From the NCBI GenBank assembly GCA_024641325.1, contig JAHEDJ010000001.1:23594-87593 (forward strand): DNA of 64,000 bases. The letters are read 5' to 3'. The translations under genes and the position numbers were made by a program. This stretch comes from a bacterium. GTDB taxonomy: Bacteria; Actinomycetota; Acidimicrobiia; Spongiisociales; JAHEDJ01. Shown one piece after another: positions 48,447 through 57,453 of the stretch (positions within the stretch are counted from its first letter, which is position 1; each line of letters starts with the position of its first letter). The notes under the pieces were generated by a model. It was given only the letters and a program-made list of their open reading frames with translations, had not been told where the DNA came from and made no database searches.

Positions 48447-49385
48447 ATGAACGCATTGAGCACCAACATCAGCCGCGATTCAGGAGCAGGAGTTCTTCTG
48501 GGTCTGGCGGCGGGCGATCAGGGTTCCGGAGCCGCCTACGGACATCACGGGCAACTGGCGATGGTCGTCGCGTATGAGATGCTCCGGCACGGCGGCGTCG
48601 AACAGGTCCGTATTCGGGAGGCTCTCAGTCGTCTAACCGGTGGCAGATCTGGCCGTTCACGAGTTCGGGGGGCTCCACCCTGGCTGCACAGCTACCTCGA
48701 GCAAGAAGGGCTCAAAGGACTCGGAAGCGGACCTCACGGTGGCATGGATGTGGCAACGCGGGCCGTTTCGATCGGCGTCTGGCACCGGAACCATCCGTTG
48801 GATTTGGTTGCAGACTCGGTGCGAGCGGCCAATTCGACCCACACCGATCGCCCTTCGGCGGTAGCCGCCGCCGTTCTTGCCGGCACCATCGCAGGAATCT
48901 CTCACGGCCAGTACGGTCGTGATCTGGTCGCCGGAGCTTGGGAGGTCGGGCAGATGGCGAAGGATCGGGTTGACGGTGATCCCGCCTTCGACGGTGATGC
49001 AACACTTCTTCTCGACTCGCTGAAGTATTTGTCGTCCATGGTGGGCGAGGATCCGAGTGTGATCATCGAACGAATCCAACCGGAACGCGAGTCCCTGCTA
49101 TCGGTGATATCCGCTATCGCGATCGGGGCACCTCTTCACCAGGATCCGTTCGCGGCGATTCCCGAAGTTGCTCTGCTTCGTAGGAGAGATATCGACATCG
49201 TCATCTCGGCGATGGTTGGGGCAAGAGTCGGGCTCGTACAGTGGCCGTCGTCGGTCGCCAATGACACCTGGTTTGCCGAGACAGGAAGGCGCCTGGCAGA
49301 TCGCAAAAAGCGAGTCGACGACCTCCCTGATCTATTTGAAGTTGAGGACCGGTTGTCACACGGTCCGCCCGGCGGATACAGATAA
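48447..49385 (+). CDS. Divergent ADP-ribosylglycohydrolase (DraG/ARH) family protein
   Basis: G.LLGLAAGD N-terminal motif, TH.D..A..AA, MVGA..G; canonical TDD and DxDT metal motifs are degenerate. Confidence 0.55.
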   Translation: MNALSTNISRDSGAGVLLGLAAGDQGSGAAYGHHGQLAMVVAYEMLRHGGVEQVRIREALSRLTGGRSGRSRVRGAPPWLHSYLEQEGLKGLGSGPHGGMDVATRAVSIGVWHRNHPLDLVADSVRAANSTHTDRPSAVAAAVLAGTIAGISHGQYGRDLVAGAWEVGQMAKDRVDGDPAFDGDATLLLDSLKYLSSMVGEDPSVIIERIQPERESLLSVISAIAIGAPLHQDPFAAIPEVALLRRRDIDIVISAMVGARVGLVQWPSSVANDTWFAETGRRLADRKKRVDDLPDLFEVEDRLSHGPPGGYR

Positions 49386-49442
49386 GAGCCTTCCGCCCTC
49401 CGGCGAAATCCGGTCTCGCGGCAGTATGGCGGGTAGGGCTCG

Positions 49443-50687
49443 CTACCTCTCACTCTCCGCGGGCACTCTGACTTTGTCCAGCACGAATCTCGAGGCGACG
49501 AGGAATGCGATCAACGTTCCCACGGCGACGCTGCGGCCCAGGTGCAGCCTGTCGACGATGAGACCCCAGGTCAAGGGCCCGAGGACGGTGGCGAACCGCC
49601 CGACCATCCCGTACAGGCCGTAGAACTCGCCGATCGACTCGGCCGGCGACAGGCGAACCATATACACGCGGTCGCTTGCCCATGTGGCGCCGAGCGCAAT
49701 GCCTCCAAGGATGCCCAACGACCAACCGAGTTCCGGCAGATCAGCTTCAGCTGCAACGATGCCCAGACCCATGCCGATCATCCACATGTACAACGCGCCG
49801 TGTAGCACACGCCGGGGCCCAAGGCGGTCCACGAGTCGGCCGCCTCCGAAGCCGCCGATCATCGCCCCGACGATCGCCCCACCGAGCAGTATCTCCATCT
49901 CCTCTCGTTCGAATCCGATCTCATCGATGACGAACACGGCCAGAAACCCGCCGATCATTGTGTTGATCGCGTCCGAATAAAGGAAGCGGCCGACCAGGAA
50001 CCGCGTCAAACCGGGATGCTGTGATGCTCGTCGCCAGGAAATCGCTAGTTGTCTGAAGGCGCTTCGCCACGACGGAGGAGGACCGGCTGGAGCAGGTCGC
50101 GGGCGTTCTAGAACGAACAGAAAGGTCGGAATAGCGAAGAATAGGAAGGCCGCTGCCAGAGTTCGGAACAGGGCCGGATATCCGAGGCCGAGCGCGTCCA
50201 GCACTGTTCTGCCGATGATCACTCCGACGAAGGATCCGAAGTAACCGACTCCGATGCCAATCCCTGAGATCCGGCCCCGATTCTCCGGTGTGGAAACGTC
50301 CGGGAGTATGGAGTCGTATACGACCGACCCGAGGTTGAACCCGATGAGGGCAAGGCCGTACAGAGCCAGCGACCAGCCGACCGACACCGAACCCAGCAGA
50401 GCCGTAGCACCCACCGCCACGGCAGTTGTCACTGCCAGGTAGGGGATCCGGCGCGGAGCGTGGTCGGTTCTGGCGCCAATCCAGGGGTTGGCGAGAATCA
50501 CGACCAGCATTGCGGCCGCGATCGTATATGAGAGCACTTCGTCCGGTTGGTCCTGAACGTCGGTCACCCAGGTCGCGAAGTACAAACCCTGGACTCCGAG
50601 CGCAAAAATGGTATTGGCCAGGTCGTAGGTGGCCCAGGCAGCAATACTCGAGCGGCGCGGAATCCAATCGGTGGTGGGAGACGTCAG
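49443..50687 (-). CDS. MFS transporter, UMF1/Atg22-like family (probable CTG start)
   Basis: The frame extends 34 codons above the ORF-track start and includes AWATYDLANTIF; also YDSILP, GRISG.G...GY.G, GEFYGLY. Confidence 0.85.
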   Translation of the reverse strand: MTSPTTDWIPRRSSIAAWATYDLANTIFALGVQGLYFATWVTDVQDQPDEVLSYTIAAAMLVVILANPWIGARTDHAPRRIPYLAVTTAVAVGATALLGSVSVGWSLALYGLALIGFNLGSVVYDSILPDVSTPENRGRISGIGIGVGYFGSFVGVIIGRTVLDALGLGYPALFRTLAAAFLFFAIPTFLFVLERPRPAPAGPPPSWRSAFRQLAISWRRASQHPGLTRFLVGRFLYSDAINTMIGGFLAVFVIDEIGFEREEMEILLGGAIVGAMIGGFGGGRLVDRLGPRRVLHGALYMWMIGMGLGIVAAEADLPELGWSLGILGGIALGATWASDRVYMVRLSPAESIGEFYGLYGMVGRFATVLGPLTWGLIVDRLHLGRSVAVGTLIAFLVASRFVLDKVRVPAESER

Positions 50688-51766
50688 AAGGTCACCGCCA
50701 CCGCCAGGAGTTCATCTCGACCCAAAACACCTCCGGCGGCCTGCATTGCTCGCCCGGCTTCGGCCAGCGGGAACTCATGCGACACGATCTGGTCAATCCT
50801 GTCGTCGGTCGCTAGGTGGCGGGTAGCCCAGTGGTAGCCGGCAGAGCTTGCTCCGAATGCACCACGTACGGTCAGCTCCTTGACTACCACGATATCTGAG
50901 AAGAGCTGATGGATTGCGTTGGTGCCCTTCGTCGATGCCAGTACCACCCGGCCTCCCGCTCGCACCAGGTCGAGGCCCATGAAGATCGCTTCCGGATCGT
51001 CGCTGGTGACGTCGAGAACGATGTCGGGGCGAGCACCGAGCGAGTTCGCGACAGCACTGCCGACGTCTCCTGCTTCGATGTTTACCACCATGTCTGCGCC
51101 GAGATCGGCGGCCATCTTCAGACGGTCGGTGTCGTGAGGGAGTCCGGCGACACCCACCCATCCAGCGCCGGCGGCCTTCGCTGCGATCAGTGCGGAAAGG
51201 CCCCGTGGCCCCGGGCCGAGGATGAGCACGTTCTCGCCGGTTTGTAGCCGCGGTAGCTCGACTGCCCAGGTGAATCCGGCTGCGAGCGCATGAGCGAACG
51301 TTCCGACCTCCGCCGGAATGTCGTCTGAGAGGGCATGGAGCCTGGCGCCGGGATCGAGGTAGACGTACTCGGCGAGCCCTCCCCACAACGCGGGCGGCTC
51401 CTTCGACGAAAGGTGGCCGTAGGCGTTGATCGGCCGTCGGAAAGTGCAGCTCGAAACGCCGTTGGTGCACCTACGACAGGCGCCGCATCGAATGGAAGTT
51501 TCGAGAACGACCCTGGTGCCTACCGGAAATGAAATAGAGTCATCAACCACCTCCGCGACACGTCCGACGATCTCATGTCCGGGTATCAGGGGGTAATCCA
51601 GCCTGCGGTTGGTTCCGTTCCATGCGTGAACCTCGACTCCGGAGATACCGGTCGACTCGATGGCCAGCCATCCGCCGGTTTCGATTTGTCCCATCGGAAG
51701 TCGAGTTGGGGTGAGCCGGCCGGGGCCAACCAACAGCATCGCTCTCGCAGTTGAGCCCGTCAGCAT
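50684..51766 (-). CDS. Zinc-binding (MDR) dehydrogenase
   Basis: IPGHE, CGACRRC.......C structural Zn, GPGPRG; start moved to ATG 51766. Confidence 0.85.
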   Translation of the reverse strand: MLTGSTARAMLLVGPGRLTPTRLPMGQIETGGWLAIESTGISGVEVHAWNGTNRRLDYPLIPGHEIVGRVAEVVDDSISFPVGTRVVLETSIRCGACRRCTNGVSSCTFRRPINAYGHLSSKEPPALWGGLAEYVYLDPGARLHALSDDIPAEVGTFAHALAAGFTWAVELPRLQTGENVLILGPGPRGLSALIAAKAAGAGWVGVAGLPHDTDRLKMAADLGADMVVNIEAGDVGSAVANSLGARPDIVLDVTSDDPEAIFMGLDLVRAGGRVVLASTKGTNAIHQLFSDIVVVKELTVRGAFGASSAGYHWATRHLATDDRIDQIVSHEFPLAEAGRAMQAAGGVLGRDELLAVAVTF

Positions 51767-51786
51767 GGTCGGGAAGTGTACCGGCG

Positions 51787-52980
51787 TCAGATTGTCAGGA
51801 AGTCGGCGAGCCGGCTCACGCCTTCCTCGAGGTCCGCATCGCCGAGCGCGTACGAAAGGCGAGCGAATCCGGCGGCACCGAAAGCCTCGCCCGGAACAAC
51901 CGCCACATGGGCTTCCTCGAGTACCAACCCGGCGAGCTCCAGGGTCGAGGCCGGCCGATGCCCTCGGATGTCGGTGCCGAGCAGTGCCTCGAATGATGGG
52001 AAAGCGTAGAAAGCTCCCTGGGGCTCGATCACCTTCACGCCGTTGATCCCGCTCAGCATCGAGTACATGTTCCGGCGCCGGCGGTCGAATGCCTTGCGCA
52101 TCTCCTCGACGGGCTCCATTGGTCCGGTCACCGCCGCCAGGGCCGCGGCCTGTGAAACGTTGGCGACGTTTGAGGTTGAGTGGGACTGAAGGTTGGCTGC
52201 GGCCTTGATCACATCCAGGGGCCCCACCATCCAACCGACCCGCCATCCAGTCATGGCATACGTCTTTGCCACACCGTTGACAATGATGCAGCGATCCTGT
52301 AGCTCCGGGACCAGCCCTGCCATCGATGAAAAGGCGGTCTCGCCGTAGACCAGGTGTTCGTAGATTTCGTCCGTGATCACCCACACGTCATGCTCTGCCG
52401 CCCACCGCCCGATGGCTGCAATCTCCTCTGGGGGATAAACGGCCCCGGTCGGGTTGGAGGGAGACACGAAGATCAAAGCTTTGGTGTGCTCCGTCCTGGC
52501 AGCCTCGAGTTGGTCGACCGTGACCTGGAAGCCGGTTGAATCGTCGGTGGCCAGGATGATCGGTACACCACCGGCGAGCCCGATCGCCTCCGGATAGGTA
52601 ACCCAGTAGGGGGCGGGGAGCAGTACTTCGTCGCCCGGGTCGACAATTGTGGCCAGGGCCGCGAAGACGGCATGCTTGCCGCCGTTGGTGATCAGGACGT
52701 TGCCCGGAGAGGCTTCATAACCGGAATACCGGAGCGTCTTGGCTGCCACGGCTTCCCGGAGTTCCGGCATGCCGGCGGCGGGGCCATATTTGTGCATCTT
52801 GGGATCGCGGCAGGCAATGACGGCGGCCTCCACGATGTGCTCCGGAGTCGGGAAATCCGGTTCTCCTGCGCCGAATCCGATCACGTCGACACCTTGTGCT
52901 TTGAGCACCTTCGCCTTGGCGGTAACGGCCATGGTTGCCGATTCGGCAATAGACCCGATGCGATCTGAGATGCGGTGCAT
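51787..52980 (-). CDS. Class I PLP-dependent (aspartate) aminotransferase
   Basis: [46 protein letters not shown]. Confidence 0.93.
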   Translation of the reverse strand: MHRISDRIGSIAESATMAVTAKAKVLKAQGVDVIGFGAGEPDFPTPEHIVEAAVIACRDPKMHKYGPAAGMPELREAVAAKTLRYSGYEASPGNVLITNGGKHAVFAALATIVDPGDEVLLPAPYWVTYPEAIGLAGGVPIILATDDSTGFQVTVDQLEAARTEHTKALIFVSPSNPTGAVYPPEEIAAIGRWAAEHDVWVITDEIYEHLVYGETAFSSMAGLVPELQDRCIIVNGVAKTYAMTGWRVGWMVGPLDVIKAAANLQSHSTSNVANVSQAAALAAVTGPMEPVEEMRKAFDRRRRNMYSMLSGINGVKVIEPQGAFYAFPSFEALLGTDIRGHRPASTLELAGLVLEEAHVAVVPGEAFGAAGFARLSYALGDADLEEGVSRLADFLTI

Positions 52981-53044
52981 GGCGAATTCGCTTTCGTTGC
53001 TTCAATCGACTGTGATGTCGCTGAGTCGAAGAATAGTGGTGACG

Positions 53045-54160
53045 ATGTCCGGGCAAATCGAGATACCTCAACACCTCTTGCCGGGCGACGGACGGTTCGG
53101 ATCCGGGCCCACGAAAGTCCGGAGCGAGGCTCTCGAGTCCCTTCTCAGCGTTGGGTCCAGGTATCTCGGCACGAGCCACAGGCGCCCGGCAGTCAAGGAT
53201 GTGGTCGGTCGAATCCGGTCCGGCTTGCGTTCGCTCTATTCGCTCCCGGATGACTATGAAGTCGTGCTCGGTGTCGGCGGTGCCACTGCTTTCTGGGACG
53301 TGGCGGTGTTCGGCCTGATTGAGGAGCGCAGCGAACATCTCGTGTTCGGTGAGTTCTCGGGGAAGTTCGCGTCCTCGGTAGCGAAGGCACCACATCTGCT
53401 GTCCCCTCTCATCGTTGAGTCGCAGCCTGGCACCCATCCGCAGGTTGTGACAGACCCATCAGTTGACACATACGCCTTCACTCACAACGAGACCACCACG
53501 GGTGTGATGATGCCGATCGTGCGGCCGGGCGCGCCGGGCATCGTCGTGGTCGATGCCACTTCCGCCGCCGGAGCGATGCCGGTCGATACAGGGGAGTTCG
53601 ACGTCTATTACTTCTCACTGCAGAAGGCCTTTGGTTCGGAGGGGGGTCTGTGGGTGGCGCTGATGTCTCCTGCCGCGCTCCGACGGGTCGAGATGATCGC
53701 CGTTTCCGGCCGTTATGTGCCCCCGTTTCTCGACATGACGGCGGCAATTGAGAACTCTCGCAAGGATCAGACCGTGAACACCCCGGCTCTCGCCACCCTG
53801 TTCCTCATGGCCGAGCAGGTTGATTGGATGATTGAGCGAGGAGGGCTGGCATGGTCGGTCGGTCGAGCCGGGGAGAACGCGGCCGCCGTGTACGGCTGGG
53901 CTGAATCGGTGCCCTACGCCTCTCCGTTTGTCAGTGAGCAGGCAGAGAGGTCACCGGTGACGGCAACGATTGATTTCGTGGGGGTCGAAGCGCTGGAGTT
54001 GGCCGCAGTCCTGAGGTCGAACGGCATTGTCGATGTGGAGCCGTATCGCAAACTCGGTCGGAATCAGCTCCGGATCGGCATGTGGCCGTCCATTCCGATC
54101 GATGACATCGAGGCGTTGATCGGTTCGATCGACTACGTCGTTTCAGCCCTCGATTCCTGA
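53045..54160 (+). CDS. serC: Phosphoserine aminotransferase (actinobacterial type)
   Basis: DGRFGSGP.KVR, GTSHR, HNET.TGV, DATS.AG, YYFS.QK.F.SEGGLW, NTPA, EPYRKLGRNQLR. Confidence 0.93.
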   Translation: MSGQIEIPQHLLPGDGRFGSGPTKVRSEALESLLSVGSRYLGTSHRRPAVKDVVGRIRSGLRSLYSLPDDYEVVLGVGGATAFWDVAVFGLIEERSEHLVFGEFSGKFASSVAKAPHLLSPLIVESQPGTHPQVVTDPSVDTYAFTHNETTTGVMMPIVRPGAPGIVVVDATSAAGAMPVDTGEFDVYYFSLQKAFGSEGGLWVALMSPAALRRVEMIAVSGRYVPPFLDMTAAIENSRKDQTVNTPALATLFLMAEQVDWMIERGGLAWSVGRAGENAAAVYGWAESVPYASPFVSEQAERSPVTATIDFVGVEALELAAVLRSNGIVDVEPYRKLGRNQLRIGMWPSIPIDDIEALIGSIDYVVSALDS

Positions 54161-54165
54161 TCAGT

Positions 54166-54642
54166 ATGGCGGAGCGAACCTGGTTCTATCTCGTCGGGAG
54201 TGACCACGTGGGGCCGGTCGCAGAACCGGTCATTCGCCATATGGCTGTCGCAGGACACCTTTTCGCAGAGTCATTCGTTTGGACCGATGGTCTGGGGGCA
54301 TGGACCCCACTGGGCAAGGTGCATGGATTCGAAGGGGTGGCACTTCCGGCTCCGCAAGGACAAATGCCGCCGTCGCTGGATCGATTCCCCGGCCTGTCTC
54401 TGCCCACCGGACGTTCCCGATGGGCGGGCGTTGCCGCGAATCTGGGTTGGCTCAGCGTCCTGGTGCTCCCGGCCCCGCTGGCGCTGGCGGCGGGCGTGAC
54501 CGCGTTGCGCGAGATACTCGGATCTGAGGCTCGAGTTGGCCGGCGTTTGGGTGGAATGGGGCAGGCCGTTTTCGGCATCATGATGGGGTCGATATTCACC
54601 GCAATACTGATCTGGGCGATCACAGCAGCCGCACTCCGCTAA
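54166..54642 (+). CDS. GYF_2 (DUF4339) plus DUF4190-like membrane protein
   Basis: W.Y......GP...VW..G...W N-terminal pattern; C-terminal TM pair with GMGQAVFGI. Confidence 0.7.
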   Translation: MAERTWFYLVGSDHVGPVAEPVIRHMAVAGHLFAESFVWTDGLGAWTPLGKVHGFEGVALPAPQGQMPPSLDRFPGLSLPTGRSRWAGVAANLGWLSVLVLPAPLALAAGVTALREILGSEARVGRRLGGMGQAVFGIMMGSIFTAILIWAITAAALR

Positions 54643-54662
54643 CCACTACTCGCGACTCGCGA

Positions 54663-55325
54663 CTAGATCCCCACATCGATCAGTAGTCGGTGTGGGCGAA
54701 ACACTGAACGGTTGAGCGGTGACAACCGGGCGAGCGGATGGACTATCACGATGATGTGACGCCCGGCGGCCTTTGCCTTGAGGGCAGCATCGGCGATCCG
54801 GGACGTCGTCCAGAACCGCGACGTCGTACTGGCCACTCCCGGGGCGAGCAATGCCGTCGCTTCCTCGGGAGGTGCAACGGAAATCGGAAAATTGAGATAC
54901 CCGAGACCTTTTGATATTGCCCGCCGGTCGGTGAACAACTGAGCTCGCGAGTTGCCGAGCTGCGAGGCGGCCTCCAGTACGGAGAGAGTCGATTTCCCGA
55001 GCGAGGTAACTCCCATCGACTCATAGTGGGCGACACGCAAGCCGAGATCTGAGCTCCATGTCTCATCCTCGAGTTCCGCGACGGCCAGTTGAAGCGCTCT
55101 TCGGACCCTGTTCGGATCTGGGTCGAGGGCGCGTTCGGTGATGGCCAGCAGAAGCGGTTGATCGGGCCTCCGGGTTCGGAGCATCCTGGCGGCTTCGAGG
55201 CCGGTTTCAATCCAATCTCTTTCGACGAGCTCGAGCAGGCCTTCAGCGGCGCGGAGCGTCGTTTCGACGGGGTCGGACCACTCGTCGTGAGCGGCATCCC
55301 TGAGGAGCTCGAGAGGCCCATTCAT
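54663..55325 (-). CDS. Hypothetical protein, possibly a degenerate eIF-2B-like fold
   Basis: 220-aa ORF filling the gap; motif spacing loosely parallels the 46562-47422 protein. Confidence 0.6.
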   Translation of the reverse strand: MNGPLELLRDAAHDEWSDPVETTLRAAEGLLELVERDWIETGLEAARMLRTRRPDQPLLLAITERALDPDPNRVRRALQLAVAELEDETWSSDLGLRVAHYESMGVTSLGKSTLSVLEAASQLGNSRAQLFTDRRAISKGLGYLNFPISVAPPEEATALLAPGVASTTSRFWTTSRIADAALKAKAAGRHIIVIVHPLARLSPLNRSVFRPHRLLIDVGI

Positions 55326-55448
55326 CTAGTTGCTTCCAAGCTCTTGATACGCATGGCACCTCCGCGCGTCAACCTAGTCCTCACGATGGTGACGCGCCGG
55401 TCGACATCGAATAGGCTCACAGCGAAGCACATCCCGGAGGTTGCCAAA

Positions 55449-56996
55449 GTGTTCGAACCGTTCGCCAATGAGCCATATAGCGATTTCTCCATCGACGAGA
55501 ATTCCGCCGCCTACCGCACTGCGATTGAAGGTGTGCGCTCGGAACTCGGTCGCCATTACCCGCTGATCATCGGAGGAGAGGCCATCGATACCGACGGTCG
55601 CATCGAGAGCGTCAACCCCGCCAAACCCTCGGAGGTTGTCGGCACGGTGGCGTCCGCGACGCCGGAGCTTGCCGGACGGGCGATCGAGGCTGCTTGGAAC
55701 GGGTTCGCGGAGTGGTCGGCAATGACTGCAGAAGCCCGTGCCAGAACAGTGATGAAGCTGGCGGCCATCCTGCGCAGGCGCAAGCTGGAGCTATCCGCCT
55801 GGCAGACTCTCGAGGCATCGAAGAACTACCTGGAAGCCGAGGCCGACGTGGCTGAGGCTATCGACTTCGTCGACTACTACGCCCGGCAAGCCCTAACGCT
55901 CGCCCAGCCGGTGGCGGTCACCTCGTTTCCGAATGAGGAGAACGAATCACATCTCATTCCGCTGGGTGTGGGCGTAATCATCCCGCCCTGGAACTTTCCG
56001 CTGGCGATCCTGGCCGGCATGACCATGGGTCCCGTTGCAGCCGGCAATGCAGTGGTAGTCAAGCCCGCCTCGACGACTCCGGTTATTGCGGCACAGTTCA
56101 TGATGGCCGTCGAGGAAGCAGGGTTTCCGGCTGGTGTAATCAACTTCCTGCCGGGCGCCGGCAGTTTGGTCGGTGACACGCTGGTCGACCACCCGCGCAC
56201 CCGCTTCATCAACTTCACCGGGTCCAAGGAAGTGGGGCTGCGTATCGCCGAGCGGTCCTCGAAGGTGAATCCCGGCCAGATGTGGCTCAAACGCGCCTAC
56301 ATGGAGATGGGTGGGAAGGATGCGCAGGTCGTCGATGAGACGGCAGACCTCGACGCGGCGGCCCGCGCCGCGGTAGCAGGCGCTTTCGGTTTTCAAGGCC
56401 AGAAGTGCTCTGCCTGCTCCCGCCTGATAGTCGTCGACGAAGTGCACGACGAGGTTCTGGACAAAGTCGTCCGATACGCCTCTGAACTGTCCATGGGTCC
56501 TGCGACGGAGAACAATCAGGTCACCGCCGTCATCAGCGGAGGCCAGCATCGGACGGTTCTCGAAGAGATCGAGAAGGGCAAGCAAGAAGCGAGACTCGTC
56601 CTGGGAGGCTCGGCCGTCGAGTTGGATGGTGGCTACTACATCGAGCCGACGGTTTTCGCCGATGTGGAACCGGGGCATCGGCTTGCCCAGTTCGAAATCT
56701 TCGGGCCGGTCTTGTCGGTCATCCGTTCCCGCGACTTCGAACACGCCATTGAAATCGCCAACGGAACTGAATACGGCCTGACCGGCGGCGTGTTCACCAA
56801 GCGGCGCGATCGGATCGAGTACGCCCGTCGCAAGTTCCACGTCGGGAACCTCTATATCAACCGGAAGATCACGGGAGCGTTGGTGGCGGTTCAGCCATTC
56901 GGCGGTTTCAATATGTCCGGTTCGAATGCCAAGGCAGGTGGCCCCGATTATCTCCGACTGTTCATGGAGATGAAGACGGTCGCCGAACGCTGGTGA
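55449..56996 (+). CDS. rocA: 1-pyrroline-5-carboxylate (glutamate-semialdehyde) dehydrogenase, RocA/PruA type
   Basis: SD GGAGG then GTG; F.NEP..DF, EAEADVAEAIDF, PPWNFP, FTGS, EMGGKD, GFQGQKCSACSR, EIFGPV, QPFGGF.MSG..KAGGPDYL. Confidence 0.92.
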   Translation: MFEPFANEPYSDFSIDENSAAYRTAIEGVRSELGRHYPLIIGGEAIDTDGRIESVNPAKPSEVVGTVASATPELAGRAIEAAWNGFAEWSAMTAEARARTVMKLAAILRRRKLELSAWQTLEASKNYLEAEADVAEAIDFVDYYARQALTLAQPVAVTSFPNEENESHLIPLGVGVIIPPWNFPLAILAGMTMGPVAAGNAVVVKPASTTPVIAAQFMMAVEEAGFPAGVINFLPGAGSLVGDTLVDHPRTRFINFTGSKEVGLRIAERSSKVNPGQMWLKRAYMEMGGKDAQVVDETADLDAAARAAVAGAFGFQGQKCSACSRLIVVDEVHDEVLDKVVRYASELSMGPATENNQVTAVISGGQHRTVLEEIEKGKQEARLVLGGSAVELDGGYYIEPTVFADVEPGHRLAQFEIFGPVLSVIRSRDFEHAIEIANGTEYGLTGGVFTKRRDRIEYARRKFHVGNLYINRKITGALVAVQPFGGFNMSGSNAKAGGPDYLRLFMEMKTVAERW

Positions 56997-57002
56997 AATT
57001 GC

Positions 57003-57032
57003 ATGAGGGTGCACCCGGCGGTGCACCCTCAT
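57003..57032. terminator. Hairpin terminator between convergent genes
   Basis: ATGAGGGTGCACC-CGGC-GGTGCACCCTCAT perfect 13-bp stem. Confidence 0.85.
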
Positions 57033-57055
57033 AAACGTCACGTGTCGGCCGCAGG

Positions 57056-57379
57056 TCAGCCGTCGAGTTGGTCTTTGACCTCGTCGACCTTTGCTTCAGC
57101 TGAGTCGGTGGCGCCTTCGGCTGCCTCTTCCACAGCTCCTGCGGCATCTCCGGCGGCTTCGTCACCCTCGCCGCGCATGTCATCGATCTTGTCTTCGACC
57201 TTGTCCTTGAGGTCACCGGCGAGATCCTTCGCCTTTTCGAAGGCCTCGCCCGCTGCTTCCTTGGCCTTGCCGACCATGGGTGCTGCCTTCTCGCCAAGAT
57301 CCTCGACCTTGTCCTTTGCCTCGCCGGCGGTTTCCTTCGCCTTGCCGAACCAGCCTTTGAGAGTGTCCATGAAGCTCAT
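57056..57379 (-). CDS. Small hydrophilic LEA/YtxH/CsbD-like protein
   Basis: A/K/E/D-rich with about 11-aa KAKE.AGEA periodicity; SD-like GAGGAAGG upstream. Confidence 0.75.
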   Translation of the reverse strand: MSFMDTLKGWFGKAKETAGEAKDKVEDLGEKAAPMVGKAKEAAGEAFEKAKDLAGDLKDKVEDKIDDMRGEGDEAAGDAAGAVEEAAEGATDSAEAKVDEVKDQLDG

Positions 57380-57453
57380 TTTCCGGGGCCTTCCTCTTTG
57401 ATTGCCTGAACAGCCCTATTGAACCACACCCGGTACCCGGCTGCGGCGCCGGA

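Noticed and set aside
51767-52384. 566-aa ORF suggesting a long dehydrogenase
   Set aside because: The extension is an alternative frame of the aminotransferase; MDR similarity starts near 51766.
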